Source of the DNA: Candidatus Marinacidobacterium sp.
GTDB taxonomy: Bacteria > Acidobacteriota > Vicinamibacteria > Marinacidobacterales > Marinacidobacteraceae
Assembly (NCBI GenBank): GCA_965220965.1
Contig: OZ244852.1
Location: forward strand, 192,001-256,000
Direction: 5' to 3'
Length of the DNA stretch: 64,000 bases
The notes under the pieces were generated by a model. The model was not told the origin of the DNA and searched no databases. It worked only from the letters and a program-made list of their open reading frames with translations. Positions 30,502-40,017 of this stretch are shown here, in pieces. A program made the translations under genes and the position numbers. Within the stretch, counting starts at the first letter, position 1. Each line of letters opens with the position of its first letter.

Positions 30502-32583
30502 ATGCGCCGGTTCTTCGCCCTCGTCCTGCTCGCCTGCTTCGCCCTCGCGGCGCCGCCCCTCGTCGCGGCCGCGGCCGGACAGGCTCTTCGGCCGATGTCC
30601 ATCGTGGAGCTGATGGAGGTTCCGCAGATCGGAAGCCCGCAGCTCTCCCCCGACGGATCCCAGGTCCTCTACACGAAGACGGTGGCCGACTGGGAGGAGA
30701 ACCGCCGGTTCACCCACATCCGGCGGGTCAACGCCGACGGAAGCGGTGACATCCGGCTGACGACCGGAGAGCGCGGGGAGTCCGGCCCGCAGTGGTCCCC
30801 CGACGGGTCCTCGATCGCGTTCCTGACGCGGCGCGGGGACGGTCCGTTCCAGCAGATCTTCGTCATGGCGAACGCCGGGGGAGAGGCGGCGCCGCTCACC
30901 GACCACCCGAGTTCCGTGCGGAGCTTCCGGTTCTCCCCGGACGGGGCCCACATCTACTTCCTCGCGCCCGACCCGAAGTCGGCCGAGGAGAAGCGCCGCG
31001 ACGACCTGATGGACGATGTCTTCGCCTTCGACGAGGACTACAAGCAGCGCCACCTGTGGAGGGTGGCGGTCCAGGCGGAGCGTCCGGCCCGGGCGGAGCG
31101 AATCACCGAGGGCGACTTCTCGGTGCTCGGCTTCGAACTGTCAGCCGACGGCCGCCGGATCGCGCACCACCGGGCGCCGACGCCGCTCCTCGACAACACC
31201 GACGAGGGCGAGGTGTGGATCATGGACGCCGACGGCTCGAACGCGCTCCGGCTGACCGACAACACCGTGATCGAGAGCGGGGCGCAACTGTCGCCCGACG
31301 GTTCCCAGGTGCTCTTCCTGTCGAGGTCCAGCGCCGACTTCGAGACCTACTACAACGGCAACCTGTTCGTTCTGCCCGCCTCCGGAGGGGCGAGCCGGCT
31401 GCTCTTCGAAGACATGCCGCACGACGTGAACGCCGCCCGCTGGGCGTCCGACGGATCGATCTACTTCCTCGCGAACACCGGCGTGCGGAGCCAGCTCTTC
31501 CACGCGTCGCCCGACGGCGGCGAGCCGCGGCCGATCACCGCCGGCGACCACGCGCTCCGGGGGTGGCACTACCAGCCGTCCGCCGGAGAGCATCTCTTCG
31601 GGATGGATACGCCGACGAACAGCGGCGACCTCCACCGGATGGCCGAGGGCGGGGGAGAACTCACGAAGGTCACCGGGGTCTTCGACTACCTCGCCGAGAC
31701 CTTCCGGCTGCCGAGGCAGGAGGCGATCCGGTGGAGCGGCGAGGACGGCGTCGAGGTCGAGGGCCTGCTCTACTACCCGCTCGATTACCAGGAGGGGACG
31801 CGCTACCCGCTCGTGGTCCAGACGCACGGCGGGCCCCGGTCGTCCGACAAGTTCGGGTTCGGCCGCTGGAGCAGCTACGTCCCGGTCCTCGCGGCGCGGG
31901 GCTACATGGTCCTGAAGCCGAACTACCGCGGAAGCACCGGCTACGGCGACGACTTCCTGCGGGACATGGTGGGCCACTACTTCAACCAGGCGCACCTGGA
32001 CGTGATGACCGGGGTGGACTACCTGATCGAACGCGGGATGGTGGACGGCGAGCGCATGGCCAAGATGGGGTGGAGCGCCGGCGGCCACATGACGAACAAG
32101 ATCATCACCCACACGACCCGCTTCAAGGCGGCCTCGTCCGGGGCCGGAGCGGTGAACTGGATCTCGATGTACGGACAGAGCGACGTCCGCCACCCCCGGA
32201 CGCCGTGGTTCGGGGGAACTCCCTGGCAGGAGGACGCTCCGATCGATGTCTACTGGGAGAACTCACCCCTGAAGGACATCTACCGGGTGACCACGCCCAC
32301 GCTCGTGCTCGTGGGTGAGAACGACGCCCGGGTGCCGGCGCCGCAGTCCGTCGAGCTCTACCGGGCGCTGAAGACGAACGGGGTGGACACCCATCTCTAC
32401 ATGGCGCCGCGCGAGGGCCACGGTTGGGCGGAGCTGCGGCACGGGCTCTTCAAGGTGAACGTCGAGATCGACTGGTTCGAGCGCCACGTGCGCGGCGTCG
32501 CCTACGAGTGGGAAACCGCGCCGGGAGATGGCGGGAGAGCTACCGAGACGACGGACGACGAGAACGAGGCCGACCGGCGGTAG
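30502..32583 (+). CDS. Exported S9 family peptidase (beta-propeller + alpha/beta hydrolase)
   Basis: Signal peptide; SPDG repeats; HGGP, GWSAGG (nucleophile Ser), D.RVP and EGHG. Confidence 0.93.
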   Translation: MRRFFALVLLACFALAAPPLVAAAAGQALRPMSIVELMEVPQIGSPQLSPDGSQVLYTKTVADWEENRRFTHIRRVNADGSGDIRLTTGERGESGPQWSPDGSSIAFLTRRGDGPFQQIFVMANAGGEAAPLTDHPSSVRSFRFSPDGAHIYFLAPDPKSAEEKRRDDLMDDVFAFDEDYKQRHLWRVAVQAERPARAERITEGDFSVLGFELSADGRRIAHHRAPTPLLDNTDEGEVWIMDADGSNALRLTDNTVIESGAQLSPDGSQVLFLSRSSADFETYYNGNLFVLPASGGASRLLFEDMPHDVNAARWASDGSIYFLANTGVRSQLFHASPDGGEPRPITAGDHALRGWHYQPSAGEHLFGMDTPTNSGDLHRMAEGGGELTKVTGVFDYLAETFRLPRQEAIRWSGEDGVEVEGLLYYPLDYQEGTRYPLVVQTHGGPRSSDKFGFGRWSSYVPVLAARGYMVLKPNYRGSTGYGDDFLRDMVGHYFNQAHLDVMTGVDYLIERGMVDGERMAKMGWSAGGHMTNKIITHTTRFKAASSGAGAVNWISMYGQSDVRHPRTPWFGGTPWQEDAPIDVYWENSPLKDIYRVTTPTLVLVGENDARVPAPQSVELYRALKTNGVDTHLYMAPREGHGWAELRHGLFKVNVEIDWFERHVRGVAYEWETAPGDGGRATETTDDENEADRR

Positions 32584-32591
32584 CGTGAGGG

Positions 32592-32622
32592 GCCCGGGCC
32601 CGCATCGCAGTGCGGCCCGGGC
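32592..32622. terminator. GC-rich hairpin between convergent genes (possible bidirectional terminator)
   Basis: GCCCGGGC...GCCCGGGC arms around an inner CGCA/TGCG stem; no U-tract. Confidence 0.35.
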
Positions 32623-32628
32623 TTGGTG

Positions 32629-33396
32629 CTAGTAGCGGATGTCGCTCCGGCCCACGGTCATACCGATGTTCCCGACCCGCCGGCCCATCGTGTAGTGCTC
32701 GCCGCTTCCGGCGGTCATGCCGAAGAAGTCCACACCGGGCACGACCAGCCGGCCGTCGTCGTCCACCGCGTTCCCGGCGGCGGTCGTGGCCACGACCTCC
32801 GCGATGAACACCTTGCGCACCGGCGGGACCTCGAGCGAGGCGATCACCCGGCACTCGCAGTGGATGGGTGATTCCTCGACGGTCGGCGCGTCGATCGCGC
32901 TGGCGGCGCCCCGGGTCAGACCCGAGAGCGCGAACTTGTCTGCGACCCGCCCCGAGTTCATGTCGACGGTGTCGAAGGCCTCCACCATGGACGCAAGCGG
33001 GACGTTCAGCACGAACTCGCTGTGAAGTTCGAGAAGCTCCCGGGCCTGATGCTCGAGGCCGGCGCTCACGCCGATCTGCGGCGGGTCGCCATTCACAACG
33101 AAGGTCCACAGCACCGAGATCTCGTCGGGGTCGCCGGGGCGGCCGTTCACGGTGAGCAGGATCGCCGGAACCGGCGGAATCATCGGCCCCGGCGCCGCCA
33201 GCGCGCGGCGTGGACCGCTGATCGGCGGTTGTGCGGGGGGCGGGCCTCCAGGATTCTGCCCGGCTGCTTCCGGCGTGTCGGATCGCCCCGGAGCGCCCGG
33301 CGCGCAGCCCCAGACGGCCGCGACCGCGGCCGCCGCAGACCCGGTCGCAAGGAGCCGCCGCCGCGGCCAGGAGTACGGCGAGTCCGTCGTCCTCAC
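32629..33396 (-). CDS. Flavin reductase-like family protein with Tat/lipoprotein-like N-terminus
   Basis: EFVLNVP, DKF..SGLT and AP.VEESP..CEC motifs; N-terminus PRRRLL...VWGC. Confidence 0.8.
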   Translation of the reverse strand: MRTTDSPYSWPRRRLLATGSAAAAVAAVWGCAPGAPGRSDTPEAAGQNPGGPPPAQPPISGPRRALAAPGPMIPPVPAILLTVNGRPGDPDEISVLWTFVVNGDPPQIGVSAGLEHQARELLELHSEFVLNVPLASMVEAFDTVDMNSGRVADKFALSGLTRGAASAIDAPTVEESPIHCECRVIASLEVPPVRKVFIAEVVATTAAGNAVDDDGRLVVPGVDFFGMTAGSGEHYTMGRRVGNIGMTVGRSDIRY

Positions 33397-34427
33397 GGGT
33401 TCGGGTCCGTGGCCCGCGGGCGCGACCCGAGAAGATTCGCGAGCGCCGGCGGAACCCGAACGCCCGGCGACGCTTCGAGCGCATCCAGCGTGGGGCTGCC
33501 CCGCAGCGCGTCATCCTCGATGGCCTCGGCCTGGAGCTTCAGGTGGGCGAACTCGGTGGCGTCCGGGACGAGCCGCTCCCCGCGAAGGCGCGCGGGCAAC
33601 AGCTTCAGGCTGACCGTCCCGCGGACATTGCCTCCGATCGCCAGGATCCGCTCGCGGTCCGGCTCGAGGGCGACGACGATGTCGCAGTGCATCCGGGCGT
33701 TGACGCCGAGGTGGCTTCTCCGCTGGGCGACCGACCGGTAGCTGTTCCGGCGACTGGTGCAGAGCAGGTCGCCCGGCCCGAGGGCCGTTTCGCCGGGGTC
33801 GAAGGCGCGGAACGCGGCCTCCGGGGACGCCGCGTCGCGGGCCCGGATCGCCTGATCGACGTAGACGTGGTGGGCGATGGCGCGGCGGAAGCGGGCGGGG
33901 CGGTCGAGCCCGGCCTCGCACATAACCCACGAAATGAACGCCGCGGACCAGGCGTCCCGCCAGCGCGCGCCCAGACCATCGGGACCCTGCCAGCGGGTGT
34001 TCTGCCGTTCGACCATCCACGCGCCTTCCGGAGTGGCGGCCCAGTAGCCGGCGATCGTAGCCGCCAGCCGGGCGCCCTCCCCGGGATCGACCGGCCGTCG
34101 CCACCACCGGATCCGGCTTCGCGGACGGGGGGGCGGCTCCACGGTGCGATCCACGATCGGGAACCCGAAGAAACCCCACTCCTGGATCGCCAGGTCCACG
34201 ATGCGGCGCCGGATCTCCCCGGAGGGCGCGTCGCGGCATCCGGAGAACCGCACGCTCATGCGTCCGGGCGGGCCGCTGACGAGCGCCGAGGGGGGCGTCG
34301 CGTCCAACCGCTCGGCGGGAAGCCGGTCGAGGTAGCGGGTCTCGGCGCCGACCGGAGACGCCGTCGCCACGACGACCACGGCGGCGCCGAGGAGTCGCCC
34401 GGGTCGGCGGGGGATGATCGGGAGCAT
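33393..34427 (-). CDS. DUF2272-domain protein (CHAP-like fold), exported
   Basis: AWSAAFISWVM, HCDIVV and IGGNV motifs; signal peptide after ATG 34427. Confidence 0.78.
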   Translation of the reverse strand: MLPIIPRRPGRLLGAAVVVVATASPVGAETRYLDRLPAERLDATPPSALVSGPPGRMSVRFSGCRDAPSGEIRRRIVDLAIQEWGFFGFPIVDRTVEPPPRPRSRIRWWRRPVDPGEGARLAATIAGYWAATPEGAWMVERQNTRWQGPDGLGARWRDAWSAAFISWVMCEAGLDRPARFRRAIAHHVYVDQAIRARDAASPEAAFRAFDPGETALGPGDLLCTSRRNSYRSVAQRRSHLGVNARMHCDIVVALEPDRERILAIGGNVRGTVSLKLLPARLRGERLVPDATEFAHLKLQAEAIEDDALRGSPTLDALEASPGVRVPPALANLLGSRPRATDPNP

Positions 34428-34453
34428 CGGGCGGGTTCCCACCGGGTCGCCTC

Positions 34454-35461
34454 TCAACCGCGCACCTGACGGCCGGTCTCGTCGACCAGGTTGTAGCGGC
34501 GGGCGGCGTCGCGCCACGCGGGAGATTCGATGAGCGCCTGGTACTCGTCTCCCGGGAGAGCGCGGTCGGCGTAGCCCGGCCAGGTGGCGCCCTCCTGGAT
34601 GTCCTGAAGGCCCCGCTTCATCGCCCCCAGCGCGAGCCGGAGCAACTGCCCGGCGTAGAGGACGAGCGGGACGCCGTTCTCCCTCAGGGTGTCGAGCGGC
34701 GTGTCGTGGACGCTGGCGATCGCCGGACGGCCGGCGTGTTCCGAGACCGCGCCGATGCGCTCGGGCGGCAGGCCGGCGAAGAAGAGGAGGTCGGCGCCGG
34801 CTTCGACGTAGGCGGCGGCGCGGTCCATGGCCTCCGCTTCGCCGAGACCCACCGACACCGCATCGCAGCGGGCGACGAGGACCATCCCGCCGCTCCGCGC
34901 GTCGGCGGCGGCCCGCAGCCGGTCCACCATGACGTCGGTGTCCAGCAGGATGCCCCCTTCGCCGAGGTGTTTCGCCTGGACGTGATCCTCGATCATGACC
35001 GCGGCCAGCCCGCCCCGTTCGAAGCCGCGGACCGCGCGAGAGATCATGAGCGGGCTCCCGCCGCCGTCATCGGCGTCGGCGAACACCGGGACCGGGACCG
35101 AGCCGGCGATCCGGGAAGCGACTTCGATCATCTCGGTGATCGACGCCACCCCGTAGTCCGGGACTCCGAAGTTCGCGGCGTTCCCGGCGCTCCCGCCGAT
35201 CAGGACCGAGTCGAAGCCCATGTGGACGATGAGCCGCGCCGAGATAACGTCGAACGCGCCCGGGCAGATGACCGGATCAGGCGCGTCGAGCATCCGCCGG
35301 AACCGCGTCCCCATGTCGGCGGCGGCCTCGCTCTGCGCCGGGGCGCAGGCGACGCCAGCGGCGCCGCCAGCCGCCGTCATCGCGGCGGCCCCTCCCGCGC
35401 CGGCGGAGAGACGCCGGATCGCTTCCCGGCGCGGAATGGGGTGGCGGGCAGAGTTCGTCAT
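34454..35461 (-). CDS. Isocitrate lyase/PEP mutase superfamily protein with Tat/lipoprotein-like N-terminus
   Basis: PGAFD..SAR, G.PD.G, ADADDG, IED, ARCDA and AY.EAGAD; start ATG 35461 overlaps the upstream stop. Confidence 0.85.
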   Translation of the reverse strand: MTNSARHPIPRREAIRRLSAGAGGAAAMTAAGGAAGVACAPAQSEAAADMGTRFRRMLDAPDPVICPGAFDVISARLIVHMGFDSVLIGGSAGNAANFGVPDYGVASITEMIEVASRIAGSVPVPVFADADDGGGSPLMISRAVRGFERGGLAAVMIEDHVQAKHLGEGGILLDTDVMVDRLRAAADARSGGMVLVARCDAVSVGLGEAEAMDRAAAYVEAGADLLFFAGLPPERIGAVSEHAGRPAIASVHDTPLDTLRENGVPLVLYAGQLLRLALGAMKRGLQDIQEGATWPGYADRALPGDEYQALIESPAWRDAARRYNLVDETGRQVRG

Positions 35462-36348
35462 GAAGCGTCCTGTCGTGGGGCATCCAGCGCGCACCGGAAG
35501 CCGATGGTGTGGACCCGGGTGTCCGGGCGGGTGAAGTTCCGGTAGAAGACGCTGGCGATCCGTTCGTCGGTGTCCGCCCAGCTCCCCCCGCGAAACACCC
35601 GGTAGGGGGCGTCCTCGGGGCCGCGGGGCGAGTCTTCGCCGCTCACCGCGTAGAAGCCGAGGTCGTAGCCGTCGGCGACCCACTCGGCGATGTTGCCCAC
35701 CATGTCGTGGAGACCGTAGGCGTTCGCCGGGTGGGATCCGACATCCGCGGGCCCGATCGGGTGCGCGAGCCGCGCGGGTGGGGCGGGGGGCGGAGCGTCC
35801 TCGGGGTGGTCTTCGGGCGGAGGTGGGCGGTAGCTCGCGCCCCAGGGCCAGGGTTCGGCCTGCTTCCCGCCGCGGGCGGCCTTCTCCCACTCGGCCTCCG
35901 TCGGCAGCCGCTTGCCCCGGAAGGCGCAGTAGTCGCGGGCGTCGGCCCACGCGACGTTGTAGACCGGTCGCCGCGCTTCGGCCGTCGGGAAGCCCTGCCG
36001 CCAATGGAAGGGTTCTTCCCTCCCGGTGGCGCGGATGAACTCGCGGTAGGCCTCCTGCGTCACTTCCGTCCGGTCGATCCAGAACCCGGGCAGGGTCACC
36101 CGGTGGACCGGCCGGTCATCCACCCGGTCGCGCACCTGCCACCCGATCTCGTCGATGAGCCAGAGGTGGTTCCGCCCCATCCAGAACGGTCCCGGCGGGA
36201 TCCAGCAGATGTCCTCGGCCCGGTCGCCGGAGCAGTGCGCCCCGGCCGGGAGCGCGTCCTCCGCCATCGTCGGGGCGAAGCCCCCGTGACCCAGCGCCGC
36301 GAGAACCGCGGCGCCCGCGAGCCATCCGCCGACCCCGGATCCGGGCAA
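35458..36348 (-). CDS. FGE-sulfatase (SUMF1/EgtB/PvdO) domain protein
   Basis: F.MG, P.HRV, EVT, RLPTEAEWEKAARGG, N.YGL.DM.GN..EW, RGGSW and GFRCA; start uncertain (TTG 36348 or ATG 36267). Confidence 0.88.
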   Translation of the reverse strand: MPGSGVGGWLAGAAVLAALGHGGFAPTMAEDALPAGAHCSGDRAEDICWIPPGPFWMGRNHLWLIDEIGWQVRDRVDDRPVHRVTLPGFWIDRTEVTQEAYREFIRATGREEPFHWRQGFPTAEARRPVYNVAWADARDYCAFRGKRLPTEAEWEKAARGGKQAEPWPWGASYRPPPPEDHPEDAPPPAPPARLAHPIGPADVGSHPANAYGLHDMVGNIAEWVADGYDLGFYAVSGEDSPRGPEDAPYRVFRGGSWADTDERIASVFYRNFTRPDTRVHTIGFRCALDAPRQDAS

Positions 36349-36389
36349 ATGGGATTCCCGTGTCGTCTCGGTGGAGGAGCGTCGGAAAA

Positions 36390-37799
36390 CTAGAAGATCT
36401 CCGCGATCTCGTCGTCGAACATCATCTCCGCGCCGCCCAGCGAGATGGAGTCCACGTAGAGGTACTCGCGGCCCGACGGAGTGTTGTGGACCGCCTTTCG
36501 CCAGTCGATGCCGAGCGCCGAGTAGATCGTGGCCACCGTGTTGTCCATGAACGGCTGGCCGGCGTGCTTCCACCCGGGGTCCACGACCTCGGAGCCGTCG
36601 TCGTTGGTGCGGCCCACCACGCGGCCGCCTACGACCCCGCCGCCGGCGAACATCGTCGTGTAGGCGAAGCGGTAGTGGTCGCGTCCCATGACCGGGTTCA
36701 TTTCCGGGGTGCGGCCGAACTCGCTCGCCACCACGACGAGGGTCTCGTCGAGGAGCGTCGTTCCCGGTTCGCTGCCGGGGCGCGCGGCGAGGTCGGCGAG
36801 CAGCGCCGAGAACCCCTTGTCCAGGCGCGGACAGGTCGTGTAGTGGTTCCAGCGCCGGGAGCGGTCGAAGATGCCGGCGTGGTGGTCCCACTTGTCCCCG
36901 TCATAGATGTAGATGAAACGGGTTCCGGCGTCCGCTTCGATCAGGTTCCGGGCCAGGATGCAGCCCAGGCCGAACTCGTCCTCGCCGTAGCGCTGCCGGT
37001 CCCCGGCCGAGGCGCGGAAGAGCTCCGGCCAGCGGGGATCGGTCAGCAGGCCATAGGCCGCGTCGTAGTAGGCCCGGTAGTCGCTCGCCTTCCGGCCCAG
37101 CGAGGCGCGCTCGGCGGCGGAGGTCTCGGCGAGCTGGTTCAGCAGCCGGAACCGCTCCTCGAGCACCCGCTGGCTCCCTTCCGCGCTCCCGCCGAAGGCC
37201 TCGAAGACCGTCGTGGGATCGAGGTCGAGCCCGGAGAACCGGGTCGGCAGGAATCCGGCGCCGATGGAGCCCGCCCGCGCCCGGGTGAGGTAGGTGCTGA
37301 CGTAGGTCGGGAAGGTGTCCGTGTCCCGCCGCTCGCCGTCGAGCTCGTAGGCGATGATGCTGCCGAAGGCGGGGATCTCGCGGGCGAGGGCCACGTTCAG
37401 CGCCCGTCCGGTCTGGGTGTGGTACTGCCCGTTGAAGTGGATCAGCTCGGGGGCCCGCATCGAGCGGACGAACGCCACCTGGTCGATCCACTGCTGGTAG
37501 TTCGGAAACAGCGTCCGGGAGAGGGAGACCTCCGGGCTGACCTGGACCATGTCGAGGTCGGGCGGGGTCCACCGGGTCAGCTTGAAGTCCCAGGTGTCCA
37601 TCGGGCTGATGGCGCCGCCCATCTCGATGAAGATGCAGTAGCGGGCGCTCCGTCGCGGATCCGCCTTCCCGGTGGCGTAGGCGTTCAGCGGCCAGATCGC
37701 CTGGTTCGCCACGGTTCCGGCGAGCGCGAGGCCGCCGTACTTCAGGACCTCGCGGCGGGCGTGGAGGGTCTCGCCGACCTTCGGGTCGCAGTCACACAT
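36390..37799 (-). CDS. DUF1501 family protein, Tat-type signal
   Basis: RREVLK signal; GG.S..DTWD.K, YG...FG.GC..AR.L, WDHH, LL.ETLVV..SEFGRTP and GRDH. Confidence 0.9.
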   Translation of the reverse strand: MCDCDPKVGETLHARREVLKYGGLALAGTVANQAIWPLNAYATGKADPRRSARYCIFIEMGGAISPMDTWDFKLTRWTPPDLDMVQVSPEVSLSRTLFPNYQQWIDQVAFVRSMRAPELIHFNGQYHTQTGRALNVALAREIPAFGSIIAYELDGERRDTDTFPTYVSTYLTRARAGSIGAGFLPTRFSGLDLDPTTVFEAFGGSAEGSQRVLEERFRLLNQLAETSAAERASLGRKASDYRAYYDAAYGLLTDPRWPELFRASAGDRQRYGEDEFGLGCILARNLIEADAGTRFIYIYDGDKWDHHAGIFDRSRRWNHYTTCPRLDKGFSALLADLAARPGSEPGTTLLDETLVVVASEFGRTPEMNPVMGRDHYRFAYTTMFAGGGVVGGRVVGRTNDDGSEVVDPGWKHAGQPFMDNTVATIYSALGIDWRKAVHNTPSGREYLYVDSISLGGAEMMFDDEIAEIF

Positions 37800-37815
37800 G
37801 GATCCGTCTCCGCGC

Positions 37816-39783
37816 TCAGTGGTTCAGGAGGAACTCGGGCGAGTTCAGCAGCGCCCACTGGAGATCTTCCGCGCCGCCTTGCCGGTCCCCGTCCAGCCGT
37901 TCCAGGCCCAGCTCCGACTCGGCCGCGGTGGGCGGCCGGCTCAGCGTCCCGAGGAAGAGGCCGTCCACGACCTCGTCGCTCGTCCCCGCAGAAGCCAGCA
38001 GGTCCGCGACCCGGCCTCCCGCCTCGGCGGAGACGCGTCGGGTCACGACGCCGGACTGCATCATCAGGAGCGCCTGCAGAATGGAGCCCCGGTTCCCGAC
38101 AGGGGCCGGGGTCATCCGGTTGCTCTGGAAGAAGCTCTGCATCAGGGCGTCCACCTCGGCCCCCTCGCCCCGGCCGCGTCGGCCGCCGAGATCCGAGGGG
38201 GTGGTGAGCTGCTTGACGCGCTCCACGGTGAGCCCGGCGAACCGGAACTCGGTGGAGACGCCGGTCGCCAGCGCGAGCGAGTCCACGAGCTCGGGACCGG
38301 TGAGCACCCGCACGTAGCGCCTCGGGTAGTAACCGGTCCAGTCGTCATCCCACGCGCCGTCGTAATGCGGCGAGAGCGCGTAGGCCTCGGACTTCATGAC
38401 CGTCTTGACCAGATGCCAGAAGCTGTAGCCGCTCTCCCGGAACTCCTGCGCGAGCGCCTCGAGCAGCTCGGGGTTCAGCGGACGCGGCGGCAGCGGATCC
38501 TCCTCGCCGGGCGCGAGCGAGTCCATCCGGTCGAGGTCGAAGGCGTTGTAGGGCTCGACGAAGGCGACCGTCATCAGCTTGCCCCAGACGAGGTTCGCCG
38601 CGGCGCGGGCGAACTGCGGGTGCGCGGTGAGCATCCGGGCGTAGGCGTCGCGGGGGTTTTCCCCCGGTTTCGGGGTCTCGCCGGTCAGCATGAAGGCGGG
38701 TTCGTAGGCGAGGCCCTCGAGCCTCGGGAAGCGGCCTTCGGAGAGCGTGTGGAACGGAGCGTCGTCGCCGGTGTCGTAGCCCTTCGCCAGATCGTCCACG
38801 ATGAGGTCGACCACGACGTTCTTGGAGCGGTCGTCCCAGGTCGTGATGAGCCGGACGTCCCCGAGGAAGGCGGAGTGCCGGTAGAACTCTTCGCGGGTGC
38901 GGTTCGAGAGCCACGAGTTCAGCGGTTCGAGGTGGTCCGCGCCGTCGTGGCAGGAAATGCAGGAGGTGTTGATCCCGAGGAAGACGCGCGAGACGTCTAC
39001 GTTGAACTGGTCGAGCGCGTCGAGACGGTTGTGGATCCCGTAGTCGTCCGGGCTCATCACGATCCGGCTCTTCGCCTGGTGGGAGCGGGCGAGGAACGCC
39101 AGGGGGGAGATGCTCCCGTGCGCCTTGGAGACGCCGGTCAGCAGGTCGCGCACCATCTCGTCGTAGGGACGGTCCGTGGTGAGCCACTCCTTGACCCAGC
39201 TCTGGAACGGATTCCGGACGGCCCCGACCTGGTGGGCCAGCCGGAACAGGTCGCCGAAGAACCAGGCCCACTGCTCGGCGAACTCCTCCGAGCCAACGAG
39301 GGAATCCACCAGTCGGGCGCGCTTGTCGGGGGAGTCGTCGGCGAGGAAGGCCGCCACCTGCTCCGGCGTCGGGATGAGGCCGGTGGCGTCCAGCGTGGCC
39401 CGACGGAGGAACGCGGCGTCCGAAATCGTCGCCGCTGGCCGGATCCCCAGCTCGTTCCACTGCTCCGACAGGACCTCGTCCACGATCGTGCGGCGGGGGA
39501 AAGGCCGGAAGGCGCGAGCCTTCGCCTCCGGATCCACCGGCAGACGGTCGGCGGCGGCGATGGCCCCCCGCGCCTTCTCGGCGGCGGTCTCGGCGGCCGC
39601 GGCGTCGCGGTGAGCGCTGTCGGCGCGGCGGTCGGCGGCCGCCTGCTCGTCCTGCGAGGCTTCGGCTGGCGGCGCCGGAGGCGGCTGGAGAGCGAAGGCC
39701 GCGGCGGCGCACGTCAGGAGGGCGGCGCCGCCGAGGCCCAGCCGCCCGAATCCCGTTCGGCCGGCCGCGATTCTGATCGTCAT
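37816..39783 (-). CDS. DUF1549/DUF1553 (PSD1) domain protein with a CxxCH motif
   Basis: D..FLRR..LD.TG.IP, KR.RLVD.L, FLG....CISCH, NPELL..LA..F and DL.WALLNS.EFL.NH. Confidence 0.9.
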   Translation of the reverse strand: MTIRIAAGRTGFGRLGLGGAALLTCAAAAFALQPPPAPPAEASQDEQAAADRRADSAHRDAAAAETAAEKARGAIAAADRLPVDPEAKARAFRPFPRRTIVDEVLSEQWNELGIRPAATISDAAFLRRATLDATGLIPTPEQVAAFLADDSPDKRARLVDSLVGSEEFAEQWAWFFGDLFRLAHQVGAVRNPFQSWVKEWLTTDRPYDEMVRDLLTGVSKAHGSISPLAFLARSHQAKSRIVMSPDDYGIHNRLDALDQFNVDVSRVFLGINTSCISCHDGADHLEPLNSWLSNRTREEFYRHSAFLGDVRLITTWDDRSKNVVVDLIVDDLAKGYDTGDDAPFHTLSEGRFPRLEGLAYEPAFMLTGETPKPGENPRDAYARMLTAHPQFARAAANLVWGKLMTVAFVEPYNAFDLDRMDSLAPGEEDPLPPRPLNPELLEALAQEFRESGYSFWHLVKTVMKSEAYALSPHYDGAWDDDWTGYYPRRYVRVLTGPELVDSLALATGVSTEFRFAGLTVERVKQLTTPSDLGGRRGRGEGAEVDALMQSFFQSNRMTPAPVGNRGSILQALLMMQSGVVTRRVSAEAGGRVADLLASAGTSDEVVDGLFLGTLSRPPTAAESELGLERLDGDRQGGAEDLQWALLNSPEFLLNH

Positions 39784-39815
39784 GAGACGCCCCTGACCCC
39801 ACCCGCAATTTCAGG

Positions 39816-39845
39816 ATGATACGGGAGTTTCGCGCGCCGTTTCAA
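39816..39845 (-). promoter_or_regulatory. Putative sigma70 promoter for the DUF1553-DUF1501 operon
   Basis: Minus strand TTGAAA-18 bp-TATCAT, about 33 bp upstream of ATG 39783, in a locally AT-rich stretch. Confidence 0.55.
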
Positions 39846-40017
39846 CGCGCTTCCCGGAAGGTTGGCGGGCCGCCGGCCTGGTGCGGCGGGGGGTCGGGCG
39901 GCGCTCCCGTTCGCCCGGGTCGGGGAGTCTGTGATACACACGCTCGCAAGGCGGCCCTCCGGCCGGCCGATCCGGCGCGGGAGCCGGGCGGGGCGCGGAG
40001 CGGCCCGGGAGCCGGCC

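Noticed and set aside
35458-36348. FGE/C-type-lectin domain as a DGR target or a true formylglycine-generating enzyme
   Set aside because: No reverse transcriptase or template repeat seen; the catalytic Cys pair after RGGS is absent
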